A stretch of 42,571 nt of DNA, taken from Hyphochytrium catenoides (lineage: Eukaryota; Protista; Hyphochytriomycota). The notes below the pieces were generated by a model. That model did not search any database, was not told the DNA's origin, and saw only the letters and a program-made list of their open reading frames with translations. The position numbers and the translations under genes are program-made. The DNA is taken from assembly GCA_900088475.1 (NCBI GenBank), contig FLMG01003965.1, positions 1 through 42,571 of the forward strand, written 5' to 3'. Shown here piece after piece: positions 15,001 to 27,000 of this stretch; the stretch's first letter is position 1; every line of letters begins with the position of its first letter.

Positions 15001-18000
15001 CCCACCCCGACAGGGTCAGGGTGTTGTGGGCAGTACCAGAGGATAATGGTTCTCTCTACGCCCGGAGCCAGAGTCAGCTCTTCTATCCGATATTTGCTCT
15101 TCGCTTTATTCCAAGAGCTGTCAGAAGACGAGGCGGAGAACACACTAGCAAGAGGACGCGGCGGCGGATTATATGCGAAGTTCGGCTTGTCTGCTCTGGA
15201 TTCCTTAGGCATCCCTTGCACTCGGTCTCTCGTCCCATGATTCAATGACTTCCCAATCTCTTGGCCACGCTTCGTCTCCGCCATAGACTTCCGGGGACTG
15301 CTCGAAGGCTTTTCAGTGTGTCCTGCAGCTCCTTTTTCCTCAACTCCTGCCAATTCGCTGCCTTCACGGGAGCTCATCTGTGGAACGAGAGATCAATAAG
15401 TGGTAAGTTAGCATAGGTGAAGGAGCAATAGTCCCCTAGGCCGCATAGGGCCGTAATCTACGCTGAAGTCGATAAATGGAGAGTTGACAACATATGGATA
15501 GTCGCAGGGCAGCAGCTTGCCTTTTTGTGATCAAACTCGTAGTCATCATCGCCGTCTTCTGGATCTGGATTGTCGTCCTCAGAGTTCTGCAGGTCGTAAT
15601 TTTCTTCGACATAATCGACCTTACTCAGCAAGATGCAGGCCAATTATGTTAGGTTGCTAAGCAGGACAGACAGCTATCAACCCAATCGAAGAACATATTA
15701 AGAAGGAAGCTTCAATAACCGAGGGAACAATACTCGTGGTGGAATAATGGGAAAACAGTGGCATGATATAGACGGTGCATTGAAGGCAGAGCTGCCTAGG
15801 TGGCTGACCTCGTTGCCCTCCACCTCATCATCACTGTCTCCATCTGGATCTAGAATATCCCTTAATCTCCTGCGCGTTGTGTCTTCCTCCTCCAGGCCCT
15901 CCTCTTCCTCATCGTCCTCTTCTTCTATGAGGTCCTCGTCAAGCTCCTCATCCACCTCCTCTTCATACTTAGGTGTCTCCGTATTATCTGGATATGAAAA
16001 GGTGAAAGAGACGACAGAAACGGCAAACGAATACCCAGCGGCTTTCAGCGATGGAGACGAGTATAGCAGCATCGCATACATCACTACCTCTTGCACTAGC
16101 CACAGCCTCAGGAGTTACCGCACCCATGTCCTGCCCATCACCGCTTGCCTGACTCTTCTTTATCGACCTGCGAGATTCCACGTGCTGCGCAAGCTCAAAG
16201 GTGACCTCTTTGGGTCTCTCTGATGAGAAGTGAAGGTGCAGCGCGACCTGGCTGGTGTTCCTGATTTGCAGTGTTTTGGCAACGTAGGTATCTGTGTAGA
16301 TGTCGCCAAAGTGCAAGACACTGCCGTTCCCAAGGTCTCCCAAATTGAGTTCCCTTACAACGAGGCCCTCTCTATGTAGCTCTGTGGTGACAACCGTATG
16401 TATCGCTAGCGTCTTTAGGTTCCTAGGATTGTTGAGGTTCTGAATCTCTATTGAGAAAGTTCTCTCCCCGACCTGAAGGAAGGTTTTGTAAGCTTTGTAT
16501 GACAAGGAGAGTTCACCAGGGTGATGTACAAGGGATACGGTCAACCAAAAAGGAGGAGCGCTTAGTACAAAGACTTGTAAGACATAAGAAGATCAGCATA
16601 TGGGTCAAGGTCTGCCAGTGATGCCAGTGAGACGAGTCAATGCGATTCTAGTCCCTTTTTACCTCCTTTGGCCGAAACGTAACCCGAACCCGGATGTTGC
16701 CAAAAGCTGGTACCATGCAACCTTCAGAAGGTAGTCTCTCTCCTGTGTCATACTCTGTAAACTCCAAGACCTTCCTTGACAACTCACTAGAGGGCTGTGA
16801 GGACAAGAAACTTAGCCGAAACTGCAGCGGAATCTCCGCACGGTTCCACACGGTGAAGTCCTTGACGTACGTCCCGTGGGGCACGCATCCATCAAAAAGG
16901 ACCTCTGGGACATCCAGGCGGAGAAGAGAACGGCAAAGACGACCCCTAAGAGGCAGGGTGACCAATCGTTCTTCTTGTGTGGTGCTAGTAAGATCCTTCT
17001 TGTCAGCCTCCGAGGCCGTCGGTATCTCTCCTAGGGGAGTCGCCTGAAGGATGAGCTTGCCCTTGAGCGGGATAAAGCTTGTGGTTTGAGACGCATAGCG
17101 TTCATTTTCCTCGTCGCTCTCGTTGCCTGTTGTTGGACGGTTTAATAAGGGCTCCACAGCCTTCACCGGCTGACCTGAGGGAAGAGAGCACGGAAAGTCA
17201 GTAAGCACAAAAAATTTGCCAAATTCTGTGAAAGCGAGCCCTGCACTGGCTTCCTCTGAGACGTGATGCCTGCCGAATCTGCACTCAGTCACCATTCTCT
17301 CTCCCTCTTCCCTTCCCTACGGAGTCTCACTTTTCGTTGGATTGGCCCCCATGCTTGAAGGGTCAATCGACGGCTCCGCAGGCCTGAAAGACATAACGAT
17401 AGGCTTCCGCTCCTCAGGCTGCAGTGATATATCAGAAAGCAGCCCCACTTGATTGAAGATCTCATTATAATTCTCGAAGCTCAGGTCTAGGTTCTCGTTT
17501 TCTAGCTGGAAGCCTACTGAAGAGCTTTGATTGGGCCGCCGAAGCTCGTACCTGTAGCAATTGGAAGTGTAAGAAGGGAGTCCCGTTCCGAAGAGTGAAG
17601 AAGAGGATGGCGAGAAAAGGTGAGCGGTGGCAAGAGTCATAGGGAGAAACCGTTTGAGTGCCACACTATCGGCCAAAGTTCCTGCTGTTCTACCTCAGTG
17701 AAACGAAGACCGGAAAGTTGCAGTTGTTGACAATCTGAAACTGATGCAGCACGGATCTTTCAGAAAGGTAGATGTCATCCAAGTTGACGCCCTCAATACG
17801 TTCACCCGTCGTGAGAGAGACCACGTCGATCCAGCGGTTACTACTGCTTTGTGATCCGCTCTGTGCTGTATCGAGGGCTGCCTGCGCTAGACTGGAGGCG
17901 GAGGAGACGGACAACATCTTGCGAGATGGCGACGCTCTCCGTCGAGAAGCAGCTACTTCTAAGGCACCTCTTCTACCTTCAGAGCCATGATGAACTGGGC

Positions 18001-18004
18001 TCAA
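35..18004 (-). CDS. Giant multi-exon uncharacterised protein with tandem Ig-like (ASH/PapD-like, Hydin/CFAP65/TMEM131-type fold) modules; 3' end lies beyond the window start; start codon uncertain (first in-frame ATG of the 5'-most exon I can identify is at 17917)
   Basis: A chain of minus-strand ORF pieces can be joined through GT..AG introns with consistent phase where checked (e.g. FRPKE|VGERTFSIEIQN, HESS/G|VIRGGCSKEL, YETKNK|DVIKELQY). Recurring module motifs: LNFGDCNIGEYKTLSCQIKNLS, INLGRMTTTESQCKSVRVTNRS, LSLGACILGEKCKELRIAIRNTS, LHFGDIYTDTYVAKTLQIRNTS, IDLGKHIA...FVVANDS and 'xNxxNxxDxxxVxV'. The last exon in the window (118-35, EEGASS...ANTQ) ends at a GT donor, so the gene continues. 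Confidence 0.8.
1375..1412. other. Assembly gap (38 N), apparently within an intron of the giant gene
   Basis: Run of n characters. Confidence 0.98.
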
Positions 18005-18430
18005 TTGATAAGTATGCTGAACATTTTCGCCCTGCTGCTCATGGCCATCGGGCGTGACGCGAGAGAGATAATCAACTGCCCCTCAACAGCTTCTACTTTG
18101 TAGGTATCTACTATTTTCTTCGTCCTGGCTTATATACCAGCCTTTCTTCCATCACCAGGTACACCCACGGTCGGCAGCACCCTCCCAAAAGACCGGCGAC
18201 AACGACTATGTGAGCTTACCAAGCCCCTGCACGGCTCGCCAATACTGGGGACGGCACGGAGAAGAAAGTCACCCGCCGCCCAGCCGCGGCACTTGCTCGA
18301 CTTCCTGCTGCTGGGCGCGCGTGATCAGAAGCAAGCACTTCTATCAAGTGTTAGGAGCTGTCACAACGCAGTGTACCATGAACAGACAGACAGTAACACG
18401 GTCGGACAGGTGGCGTATCCGTCCGATCAC

Positions 18431-20100
18431 ACTGTAATCAGGACTGCTTGGTACAGTTCTTCCTGTGTGTTTGTCGGTCTGTCCCTGTCATCCTGTCACA
18501 TACAGAGAAGTGTTGAAGAGGTTCATGCCAGGCCTTCACAATGATAAAGAGAGGATGATGGGGATGATGTGAGCTCAGGCGGGCCGGCACTCGGAGCTAG
18601 GTGTACATACGACCAAGACATCAGCTGTCAGGTCACTGTCAGGCTGTTAGGTGACGCACATAGCTCAGGCCAAGATATAATAGCTAACATAGTTCTGGTG
18701 GCGCTGGAGATCTCAGCCGTTATCTCCTCCTTGAGGTCCCGTGCCTGGAGGTCAAGATAGGAGTGTCTGGTCGTCCGTAGAGCCTGACGGCAGTCTAACG
18801 GTGCAGTGACCATGACAGGTAGGTGGTCATGTCGAGGTAGCGCTGGGAGTCTTCTTCCTGCGATTCCCGCTGTAAGTAGTGCTGCTGTTCTCCTAGTAGG
18901 GGAGGTTGAATGCCACTGCATTGCTCGGTGAGCTTTAGATATCATTATTTTTTTTTCCGGTTTGATGGCTGTATGGGTGGTGAGGCCTCCAGTGAGGGTT
19001 AGACTCCCTGCTTAGAGCGAGGCAGTGGTGCTGGGGTTGGATCATCATGCCCTAAGCTATGCTCTCTGTGGTGCCTGTATCTGATCTCTCTTCTCTCCAC
19101 TTATCGCTCTTCTCCGTTTTCCTGTCGTTTGAGCCTATTACTAGGGTATGATGCTTTCCAGCAGGGGTCTCCTTACCTATATTGTAATGTACATCAAACG
19201 ACCTTCTTGGAGATCCTGCGCTGTGGCGGCCGTTGTTAGCTCCCCCGCTTGGTGCTTCCGCTCTTCTTGCGGGTCGGTCAGGAAGAGGACGCTCTTGTTG
19301 CTGCTCTTGCTGTTGTGGTCTGACTCGCCTCTGAATGAATCTGTTATGCGGTGGTTTGTCCCGTTTGTTTCGCCGGCGGTTGTAGTCTTCTGCCACGTTG
19401 GCGACCTATCACTTGTGTGGCTCTGCTCCCTGTCTCTCCCGGTCTTGTCCTTCTATCGTACCTCGTAGCGTTTCTGTCCTCTGCGGCTACGTTGAGTGGG
19501 GCTGAAGTAGTGGTCCCTCTTGCTATCCTCTCGGTCTCTTCTGATGCGCTCTCTGGTCCTGTGGTCTCCTCTGCTCTACGGGAGTCCTAGATGACTGATC
19601 GTCTAAATGCCTCCGCTGTCGCGGCATGCCGGTGGGCTCTGGCGCCTCCTGGGCCTGGTCAACAGGGTTCCTCTTCTCTGTCGTTGCTAGTTCATCCAAT
19701 GCCTTGTGCACCGCCACGACTGAACACTTGAAGCCGTGAGCGAGTAGGTACGCATGACAATGCGCTGTCTGCCATTATAAACAATCGGATGGTGTGAGGT
19801 CTGCCATTCGAAGGTGTGGACTTTACAAATTCGATCTGCCGAGAGAAGCAGCTTGAATGGGCGGTCCCGATATATGCTCAATGGTCTTAGTACGCAATTT
19901 TAAGCTAGAGAAAGAACTGGTAGATCCGTGTATTAAGATAAGAACCATGCTGACTCCTCCTGCTAACTCTGAGCTCTGTACCCCGACCGAGTCGTTAGAT
20001 ATTGCACTAGATTGTTCTCCGTATAAGGCTACTCCCGAAACCTGCTTTCCAAATGCCTGTAGCGCCCCTAGCAGCTGCCGTAGACCTTAAAGAGATGAGT
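18431..20100 (-). mobile_element. Highly decayed non-LTR retrotransposon (LINE) 5' portion: ORF1-like knuckle, end of the APE endonuclease and the linker
   Basis: Frameshifted motifs occur in the expected order on the minus strand: PIVYNGRQ/HCHAYLLAHGFKC (~19790-19725, resembling an ORF1 Y-x-G-Q..CxxC..H..C knuckle), a low-complexity ORF1-like tail, DHLPV (18828-18814, the APE C-terminal SDHxPV), ...DLKEEITAEIS...ISWPEL (linker) and RPTNTQEELYQAV (18480-18442, 'PITxEELxxAL'). There are many stops and indels. Confidence 0.45.
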
Positions 20101-20272
20101 ACCACCTCCAGCAACTCTTAACGTACCCACGAGAAGAATGAGGCCATCGGGAACGAAGGGCGCCCAAATCTCGAGTCAAACACATAGCGATAGCGATGCA
20201 GGTAGATTTGGGCCGAATGTCGCCACGTCCTTCCTCTTGACGTCCCAACCCACCTAGGTACTAAGAAGTCTA

Positions 20273-21934
20273 CTATGACTCGTCAAGCACCTCCCCTACA
20301 AACTCTGCCACATCGTCAAGTTCCAGTTTCTCTACTGACAGATCGGCAAAGCACTGAACGATTGCCTCGTTACGCGATGAGCTGCGCTCTAGCAAACGCC
20401 CCGTGGTGAAGCGCCGAGGCCCTCGCAAAATCATCACAGTGCCGCCAGCCTTGGGCAGTGCAGATTCGAGCCAGCGCTCTTTCACATCGTGCACCACCTT
20501 TCCCCCTTCCATACGTACTGAGCAAACGTTCTTCCCTGGCATAACCTCCGTCACGATGCCCTTCATAGAGTACCACCGTCCACCGTCTAGCTTCTTCGTG
20601 ACCACTCTGACCCTAATGTCCGGACACAGCCACGAGCCACGAGCCACCAGTGTAGAGTTCCTGTCAATGTCAGAGGTCTGCTTAATGCTGGAAGTGGATT
20701 CGCTTGGCCTTTTCTCTCGCTGCTTCTCTCTACTTCTACTTCGGGCCCGCCTCTTGTCTTTCGAAGAGGACGACTGACTGTGGTCATCCCTTTTTTTCCT
20801 GCTGCCTTCTTCGCCCTCAGAGGAGAATTTACCCTTTGTCTGCGCCCTTTCTATACCAGATGGATCTTTGGGCCCTGCTACAAATGGAGACTCCTCCAGA
20901 GACGCAGCGTCTTCCAGTTGCACCTCTCTCCGACTAATCGCTATCTCCTTCCCGCTCCGCTCAAGCGCTACCCTAATCTGGTCCAGTCCTGGGACTCCTT
21001 CAGTCTGAACAACCTCCGCCCGCTTTCCAGCGTGAGAAGAGCCTCTGATGTAGATAATATCTCCTACCTCCACCCTCGAAGAGGAAGATGACGACGTCTT
21101 TGACTTTCTCCTCTTCTTTTCCGTCTCCTCAATAAATCTTCTCCTCTGCGCTTCTCTCTCCTGCTCCTTAGAAGATTCTCCTGGTTTTCGCTTTCTCTTT
21201 CGTTCGGGAGCCTCTGGCGGCTTTGGTACCGCTCCCAGACCAAGGCGACCAGGTCTAGGCATCGTTTGCTGTTGTTCCTCACCAGCATCTTTAAGCCCAG
21301 CCCATCCCATCCCGCGGAGCATCGCCTCACCAAACTGCATGACAGGTACCTGTTGATACGCGGCACCTCTAACATCTAACTCTTCTGGCCGATGAGAGAG
21401 ATCGTGTTTGAGACGCTGGGTCTCATCTTCGATGTCAAGCAATCCGGGTACCTGGTTGGCAATGAGTATTGGCGCCTCTTTTCCTGCCTCATTTTTGTCC
21501 CCCGCTGACTTGATGACCAGCAGTGGCTTTGAAGGCCCGTCGACCTCTGCCTGTTCACGAATATCCTCCAGAAGAGCTCGCGCAGCTTTTTGATCCTCTG
21601 TCTCGGGAACCTCGTCATTTGCTTTCTCCTGTCTGGGCTTGTGAGTCTCCTTTTCTGTGCTAACAACGTCTCTCTGCCATGGATTCTTAGTGAGCGGGAT
21701 CACAAGTGGCACTGCTTCCTCCGTCCTTCTGTCAGCTGAGTGAATCTCCGTGCCAGTGATGGCTGTGATGAGCTCCTTCTCCTCTTCCTTCCCTGCATTC
21801 TCGCGTAGGGTGAGATTTGAGAATTGCTGCTTTCGCTTTCCAGCCCCTGTTAGCGAGATGGACATAGAAAAGGCCTTCTTGGGCTGTTCTTGGTCCGGCG
21901 CTCCATTCGGGCCATCAGTCAACTCACGACCCAT
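20273..21934 (-). CDS. GPKOW: G-patch and KOW domain-containing splicing factor (GPKOW/Spp2/MOS2 family), single exon, 553 aa
   Basis: Spp2-type G-patch RPEELDVRGAAYQQVPVMQFGEAMLRGMGW...PRPGRLGLGA; KOW motif VGDIIYIRGSSHAGKRAEVV; C-terminal Kin17/GPKOW-like module WLCPDIRVRVV...LESALPKAGGTVMILRG...GRLLER. The ORF is uninterrupted. Confidence 0.92.
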   Translation of the reverse strand: MGRELTDGPNGAPDQEQPKKAFSMSISLTGAGKRKQQFSNLTLRENAGKEEEKELITAITGTEIHSADRRTEEAVPLVIPLTKNPWQRDVVSTEKETHKPRQEKANDEVPETEDQKAARALLEDIREQAEVDGPSKPLLVIKSAGDKNEAGKEAPILIANQVPGLLDIEDETQRLKHDLSHRPEELDVRGAAYQQVPVMQFGEAMLRGMGWAGLKDAGEEQQQTMPRPGRLGLGAVPKPPEAPERKRKRKPGESSKEQEREAQRRRFIEETEKKRRKSKTSSSSSSRVEVGDIIYIRGSSHAGKRAEVVQTEGVPGLDQIRVALERSGKEIAISRREVQLEDAASLEESPFVAGPKDPSGIERAQTKGKFSSEGEEGSRKKRDDHSQSSSSKDKRRARSRSREKQREKRPSESTSSIKQTSDIDRNSTLVARGSWLCPDIRVRVVTKKLDGGRWYSMKGIVTEVMPGKNVCSVRMEGGKVVHDVKERWLESALPKAGGTVMILRGPRRFTTGRLLERSSSRNEAIVQCFADLSVEKLELDDVAEFVGEVLDES

Positions 21935-21988
21935 GATGGCTAGCTCCCGATCTCAACCGCTTCGACTCTATCGCAGTGACTGAATGGT

Positions 21989-23500
21989 CAGTAATGAAGG
22001 TATGAAATAAGTTCCTTGAGCCCGACACGGCAAGATCCAGACCTCTTGAAGGACTACTTCCGCATAGCTGTCTGCTTCCAAGGTAGCCAGCCCTAAATGG
22101 CACTATAAGCTTAAGCCGAAACAAGCAATGGACGCAGGAGATTGAGAGAAGGCCAACGACTGCGCTCTGATGAAATGAGCTCAGAGAGAGTATACGCATC
22201 GCAGGCTACCCTTCAGGCGCATGAGGACTCTGCAAGCTTCAAATGATAAACCAGCTATTAACTCTCTACCCCTAGGCCAAGCAAAGTGGGAGGGCCTCAC
22301 TCTAGCTTGTGACGTGCTTCCCTGCTGGTACTCCTTAGACACTTAGGCGCAGGCTCGTCTTGAGAATGGGGTGGCACCACCTTTCTAGCTCATTTTTCCT
22401 GCGTGCTCGGTGGTTGTGCCCATCTGATGTGGCCGATGGTTTGCTGTCAAACTAAAGGGCAAGCGCTTGGCACACAGACACAGAGATCAGTGTGACACTG
22501 TGGGACGGCTAACGGCTAAGGTACAATGCGGTCTCGAGCCAGCAAGAAGATCGGAGGTTATTGCACAACGGGGCTCAGCGTTGCAGCTTTGTCAGAGCTC
22601 TTCCGCTCCTGATCAAGAGCTCAACCGACCGGCTCTGGAGATATCAAGACCTACAGGACGACGCGCTTAAAGTGGCCATAACGAACACGGGTTTACCTTC
22701 ATTGTATTAACAGACAGATTTGGCACACTCCAGTAGGTTGGGACTGGCACCTATGGGCTCAGGGCCGCCCCACCTAGCACTGCCTTGCTGCCAGTTGATT
22801 CTCCCCTTCCTCCCGCTGCTGCTGAAGCAACAAGAGGAATGAGCTCGCTTTATACCTGTCATCTTTTGTCTCTAGTATTGTTCCAGGCTACAGCTAGCCG
22901 ATCGAGTCCTCCAGCTTTCAACGTATTCTTCTTAGGGCAACTATCCAGCAGTAGGGGAAAGCGTTGCACATTCGTGGCGGCTTTAAGGTCCGTGACTGGC
23001 TGTATAATGGAAAGACTATGAACAAATAAGGCTGGCTTGTTCTTTATATATATGCACCAACATAATAGACTCGAGACCAAGTGCAAAGGTGACGAGCAAT
23101 GTTCTCCGCAACCGTACTATCGTCTCTTAGGTGGAGCTGGGTTGCCTTTCCGAAGTACCGGCTTGTCGTCTCCTTCCGCAGTTGCTGCACCAGGGATTTG
23201 TATACCATCCGCCATTTGAAGGACATCCTATCTCAAGAGAGCTACGCTTCCCAGCGGTCGTTTCGCATCATTACGTACTCTCAAGCATACCTAGTTGTCG
23301 CTAAACACTGTGAACTTCCCTGCATGAAGATAGCTTTCGGATTGGCAGCGGGGCTCACTGCATTATCTACTAACCAAGAGAGGCATGATGCCCTCTTGCT
23401 TCGACCAGACAAGGAGACCGTGACTCCGATCATAAACTCCCTCATTGGCATTTGCTGAAGATAATCATAGCCGATCCCGGCCCAAACCGTGAGAAAATAG
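21989..23500 (+). mobile_element. Highly decayed non-LTR retrotransposon (LINE) 3' portion: RT domain and C-terminal CCHC finger remnant
   Basis: Frameshifted motifs occur in RT order on the plus strand: NKFLEPD..PDLLK (22006-, cf. NKSPGPDG..ELLK), KWHYKLKPK (cf. W..a.i..ipK), RPTTAL (22150-, cf. RPITLL), SDVADGF (22423-, cf. DxxKAF), LWDG(L)TAKVQ (22498-), TAC-AG-GAC-GAC (22652-22662, YxDD with one base missing), SRLGL, and CPL(C)...KETVT (23389-23427, cf. CxxC...ETxxH). Confidence 0.5.
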
Positions 23501-24077
23501 ACAACTTCTTTCATGAACCCGAAGCAGTTCCTACCTGTGGGCGGTGGGCAATGGATTCACTGAGAATCTTTATGTATCACTCGCTCTTCGTTGATGGTCA
23601 ACGTCACCGAGACGTCGCGACATGTAGACCGAGAATGGGTGATGAACTAGCGTCAGGGAGCACACTATGATTGGCGGTGGTCCTCATAGGTCAAAGCTAA
23701 TCACCCAGCCAGCAGCCTGGAGTCTGAGGAATGGCCAGCTAAGCTGAGTACCTCTTGCGATTCGCATTCAACCAGAGAGAAAGCTCTGACGAAAAGGGTG
23801 CTTTCCTAGAAAGAAACTCAATAGGGTTACTCCTCATCCTCATCGCGGTATGACACATTAAAGCTTGGGTGACTGTTGACATGAAGTTCGGATAAGATCG
23901 CGCAGAGAACAACAACAATTTTAGAGATGGGAAGCCTGCGGGTGAAGGCTATCAGCTGCTAAGAGTGGGTTTAAATAATCTTGCCTTCAGTGCACCTTCT
24001 TGGCTGCAAGAGCAAGCTAGAATGCTTAGAAGCTTGTGAAGACCGGGACCGTGTCTACTAATATCAAGGGCCCCATC

Positions 24078-27000
24078 TTAGTACTTTTCCACTGCCACCG
24101 CCGTGAAAGTCACATCATGCTGCTGCGCCTCTTCTGGAAACTTGGGATAAACTCTTTTAAACAGTGGCAGACACACCGTGTCGTGCTGCTTGATGGGCTT
24201 ATTGAATAAGCACTTGAAGTCTCCGTGAGTCCCCAAACTCTCCTTGATGTGCCCCGTCAATCCATGCTTTGTATGCAGCTCGACTGGTTGAAACCACTTG
24301 ACATCTTCAGGATTGTAGAACATGTGCCTCACAGTGGCACGGCGATTCTTTACCCTTACGGGTGCTCCAGTGAGCAGAATGCGCTTGAGATTGATCCGAT
24401 CTGGGTCTACACCCATAAGAGAGCCGGTGGCAACCAGTTGCATGTCAAGGGTGCCGTCGTACAGCCGCTTCTCTCTAAAGACATGTACGTAACAAGGCTG
24501 GTACCCTACAGGGCCATATATTGACGCGACGGTCCATCGTCCATCCTGCACATTGCGACGACAGACAAGCAGAGTGAGTTCATATCACACTATGCAACGC
24601 TAGAAGATCTTTGTCGATCGAGGTCGAAGTTGGAAAACCAAGGAAAGGTTCGTCGCCGACAACAAAGCGTGGAGCAGAAGTTAAGACGTAGGTCAAAGCA
24701 GCCTCGTCCTACTGCCATTGAAGTCGAGCTTACCTGTAGGAAGCGCTCAAACTTGTTCTTATCTGAATTCAAGTTGTTCTGCGAAAAGATCGGTCTCGCA
24801 TCTACTCTCCGGAAGCCATAGTAGAATGTTAAGAGATCCTTGCTTTTAACAGCTTCCGTGAAACCGGCATACTTCATGAGATTGAAGTGCACCACGGACA
24901 ACCTATTCTCGTGTCGGTGGAGAGAACTGACGAGTAAGGGCTGCTGCCTTGATGCCAACGTCTCAGCCATGGCCAGAGGCACATTGCGAATGAAAAGCGA
25001 GATGTATTGTCCTGACGCTATCCAGTCAGCGTCATCCTCCATCTCGGGCGTCACTCCGGATGCCATGGAGGAGGCGCGAGACTTTGATTTTTCTACTTTG
25101 TCCGTCTGCTTTGACTCAAGCAGACGTTGCTGAAACCGCCCCTCCACCTCTGAAATTTGTTCCAACACAGCTTTCTGAGAGCGAGCAAAGTTTCTGAACT
25201 GGTAAATCCTGGCATAGTCCTGAGGAAGGCTCTCTTTCGGATCCCAAGGACTGGTACGAAAGCTCTTCAAGCCACGGTATCGCGCAAAGCGTTCTCTGGC
25301 CTTTCCATCTTCCGGAACGTCCACCTGGCCATAAGAGCAAGCATTAGCCTAAGTCACGTACATCGCTGCAGAGAGGTGGAGATAGAAACAACAGCAGATG
25401 GGCACTCCCGCGTTTATAAGAAGGCGATGAATAACGATACATGGACAGGCGGAGAAGAATAGATTAGAAGCATGGGAAACTACCTCGTCAGGGAACTCTA
25501 GGTCTTCATCTGCCATTCGTTTCTTAGTGGCGAGATTCTCTAGGGTCATGTCTTCTCCTTCAGGAGCTATCGAGCCCTCTTCTTCTACATCCTCTTCCTC
25601 CTCCTCCTCCTCAATCTCTTCGCCTTCCGCCTCTTGGTCGGACATTCCCATTGCCTCTTCATCATCATCCTTCATGGCCGAGTCTGTAAGGTCTCCCTCT
25701 GTAGCTTCTATCTCATCGTTCTTGATATTGTCATCCCATACGAGCCACGCCGATTGATAGTCAGACATTCCTTTGACCTTCTTACGTTTCTTCTGCATCT
25801 CGTTCTTCTCAGCCTACATTTTAAGATGAATCAATGGCTGGCGTTCCTCCCACGACTGCACTCTTACTGACCTCTGCCTCTGCCAGCTCCTCCTCTGTCG
25901 GCCACGTCTGCTCCCCTGCCATTGGGTCAACTGTCGCTTCCATCTGCAAATCCTCTTCTTTCTCAGGGTTGGCTCTTGCTAGAACTTCGGCAGAGCTGTC
26001 CGCCTCCACGTCCATGTCCCCGCTTCCGCCTTGACCCTTTCTCTTCCCTTTTAAAGAGCATGGATCGTCGGCTGTCCTAATCTCTTCAAGGTGAAAGCTG
26101 CCTACATCCGTGACATGGACGAGCTGATTGACATTCAAAGCGGCACCACGAAGATAGCCTGACACCTTTAGAGTCACGTTTGACCCATCGCTTTGCCCAT
26201 GGTGCGGCAATATCTCCAAAGCGTTCGCTAAGAGGTAGCTTCGGACGGATCGCCAATGGACGTCCTGTGGGGTCACCGTTGTGAGAGCACGTGTAAGCTG
26301 CGTCTGGTTCTCTCCATCAACAATCTTGACCGTCTCGCCCAACTCCTGCTCAAAGAACCGGGTGCCGTACTTACGGAACTCTGCCCCTTGCTTGCCGCTG
26401 GTCAAGCCCTATAAGTAAGCATCGGACTAAGACACTAAGCGGAGCTCCAAGCTAACAAAATTTGCACCTGAAGGACTCCGACCGCTGGCGGAAGGCCCTG
26501 TGCCCTAATGGCAGTGATGGCTACACGGCCAAGATCATCTACCGAGTACTCTGGTCCGCGCGACAGAGGAAGAACGAAAACGAGTATATCCGCAACTTTC
26601 GCGGCGTCAAGGATATCCGTCAACGTCCTCTGGCACTGATACAGCGTGAATCTCTGTTTGAATTGCTGAAACGCTAGCAAACTGAAAGGACGGACAGACG
26701 GCGGAGATCGAGCGTACGTCAGAAGAGAGAATCCTTGCTAGAGTTGAATGACACATGACATTCGAGTTGGATAACACATAGCATTGATGAGAGCAGCAAG
26801 GGCGAGAGAGAGAGCTTGTGCTAAGAAGCAGGTGAGAAGAAGCCGAGGAAGGAAGTGAAGCTGCCCAGAATACCTTTGAGAGCCAATGCCGCTTGGCACT
26901 ACGGCTGTCGCGTCCTTAGAGAGCTTGGCTTTGATGCCTTCCAGGTCTGCATCAGGTCCCAGCGCTACGAGGGCTACAATCTTGGGTGGGCCATCCTTTG

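Noticed and set aside
385-17990. Many plus-strand ORFs of 60-180 aa overlapping the giant gene (similar ORFs lie antisense to GPKOW and TSR1)
   Set aside because: These are antisense shadows of real exons, often Ser-rich mirrors of acidic tracts, with no motifs.
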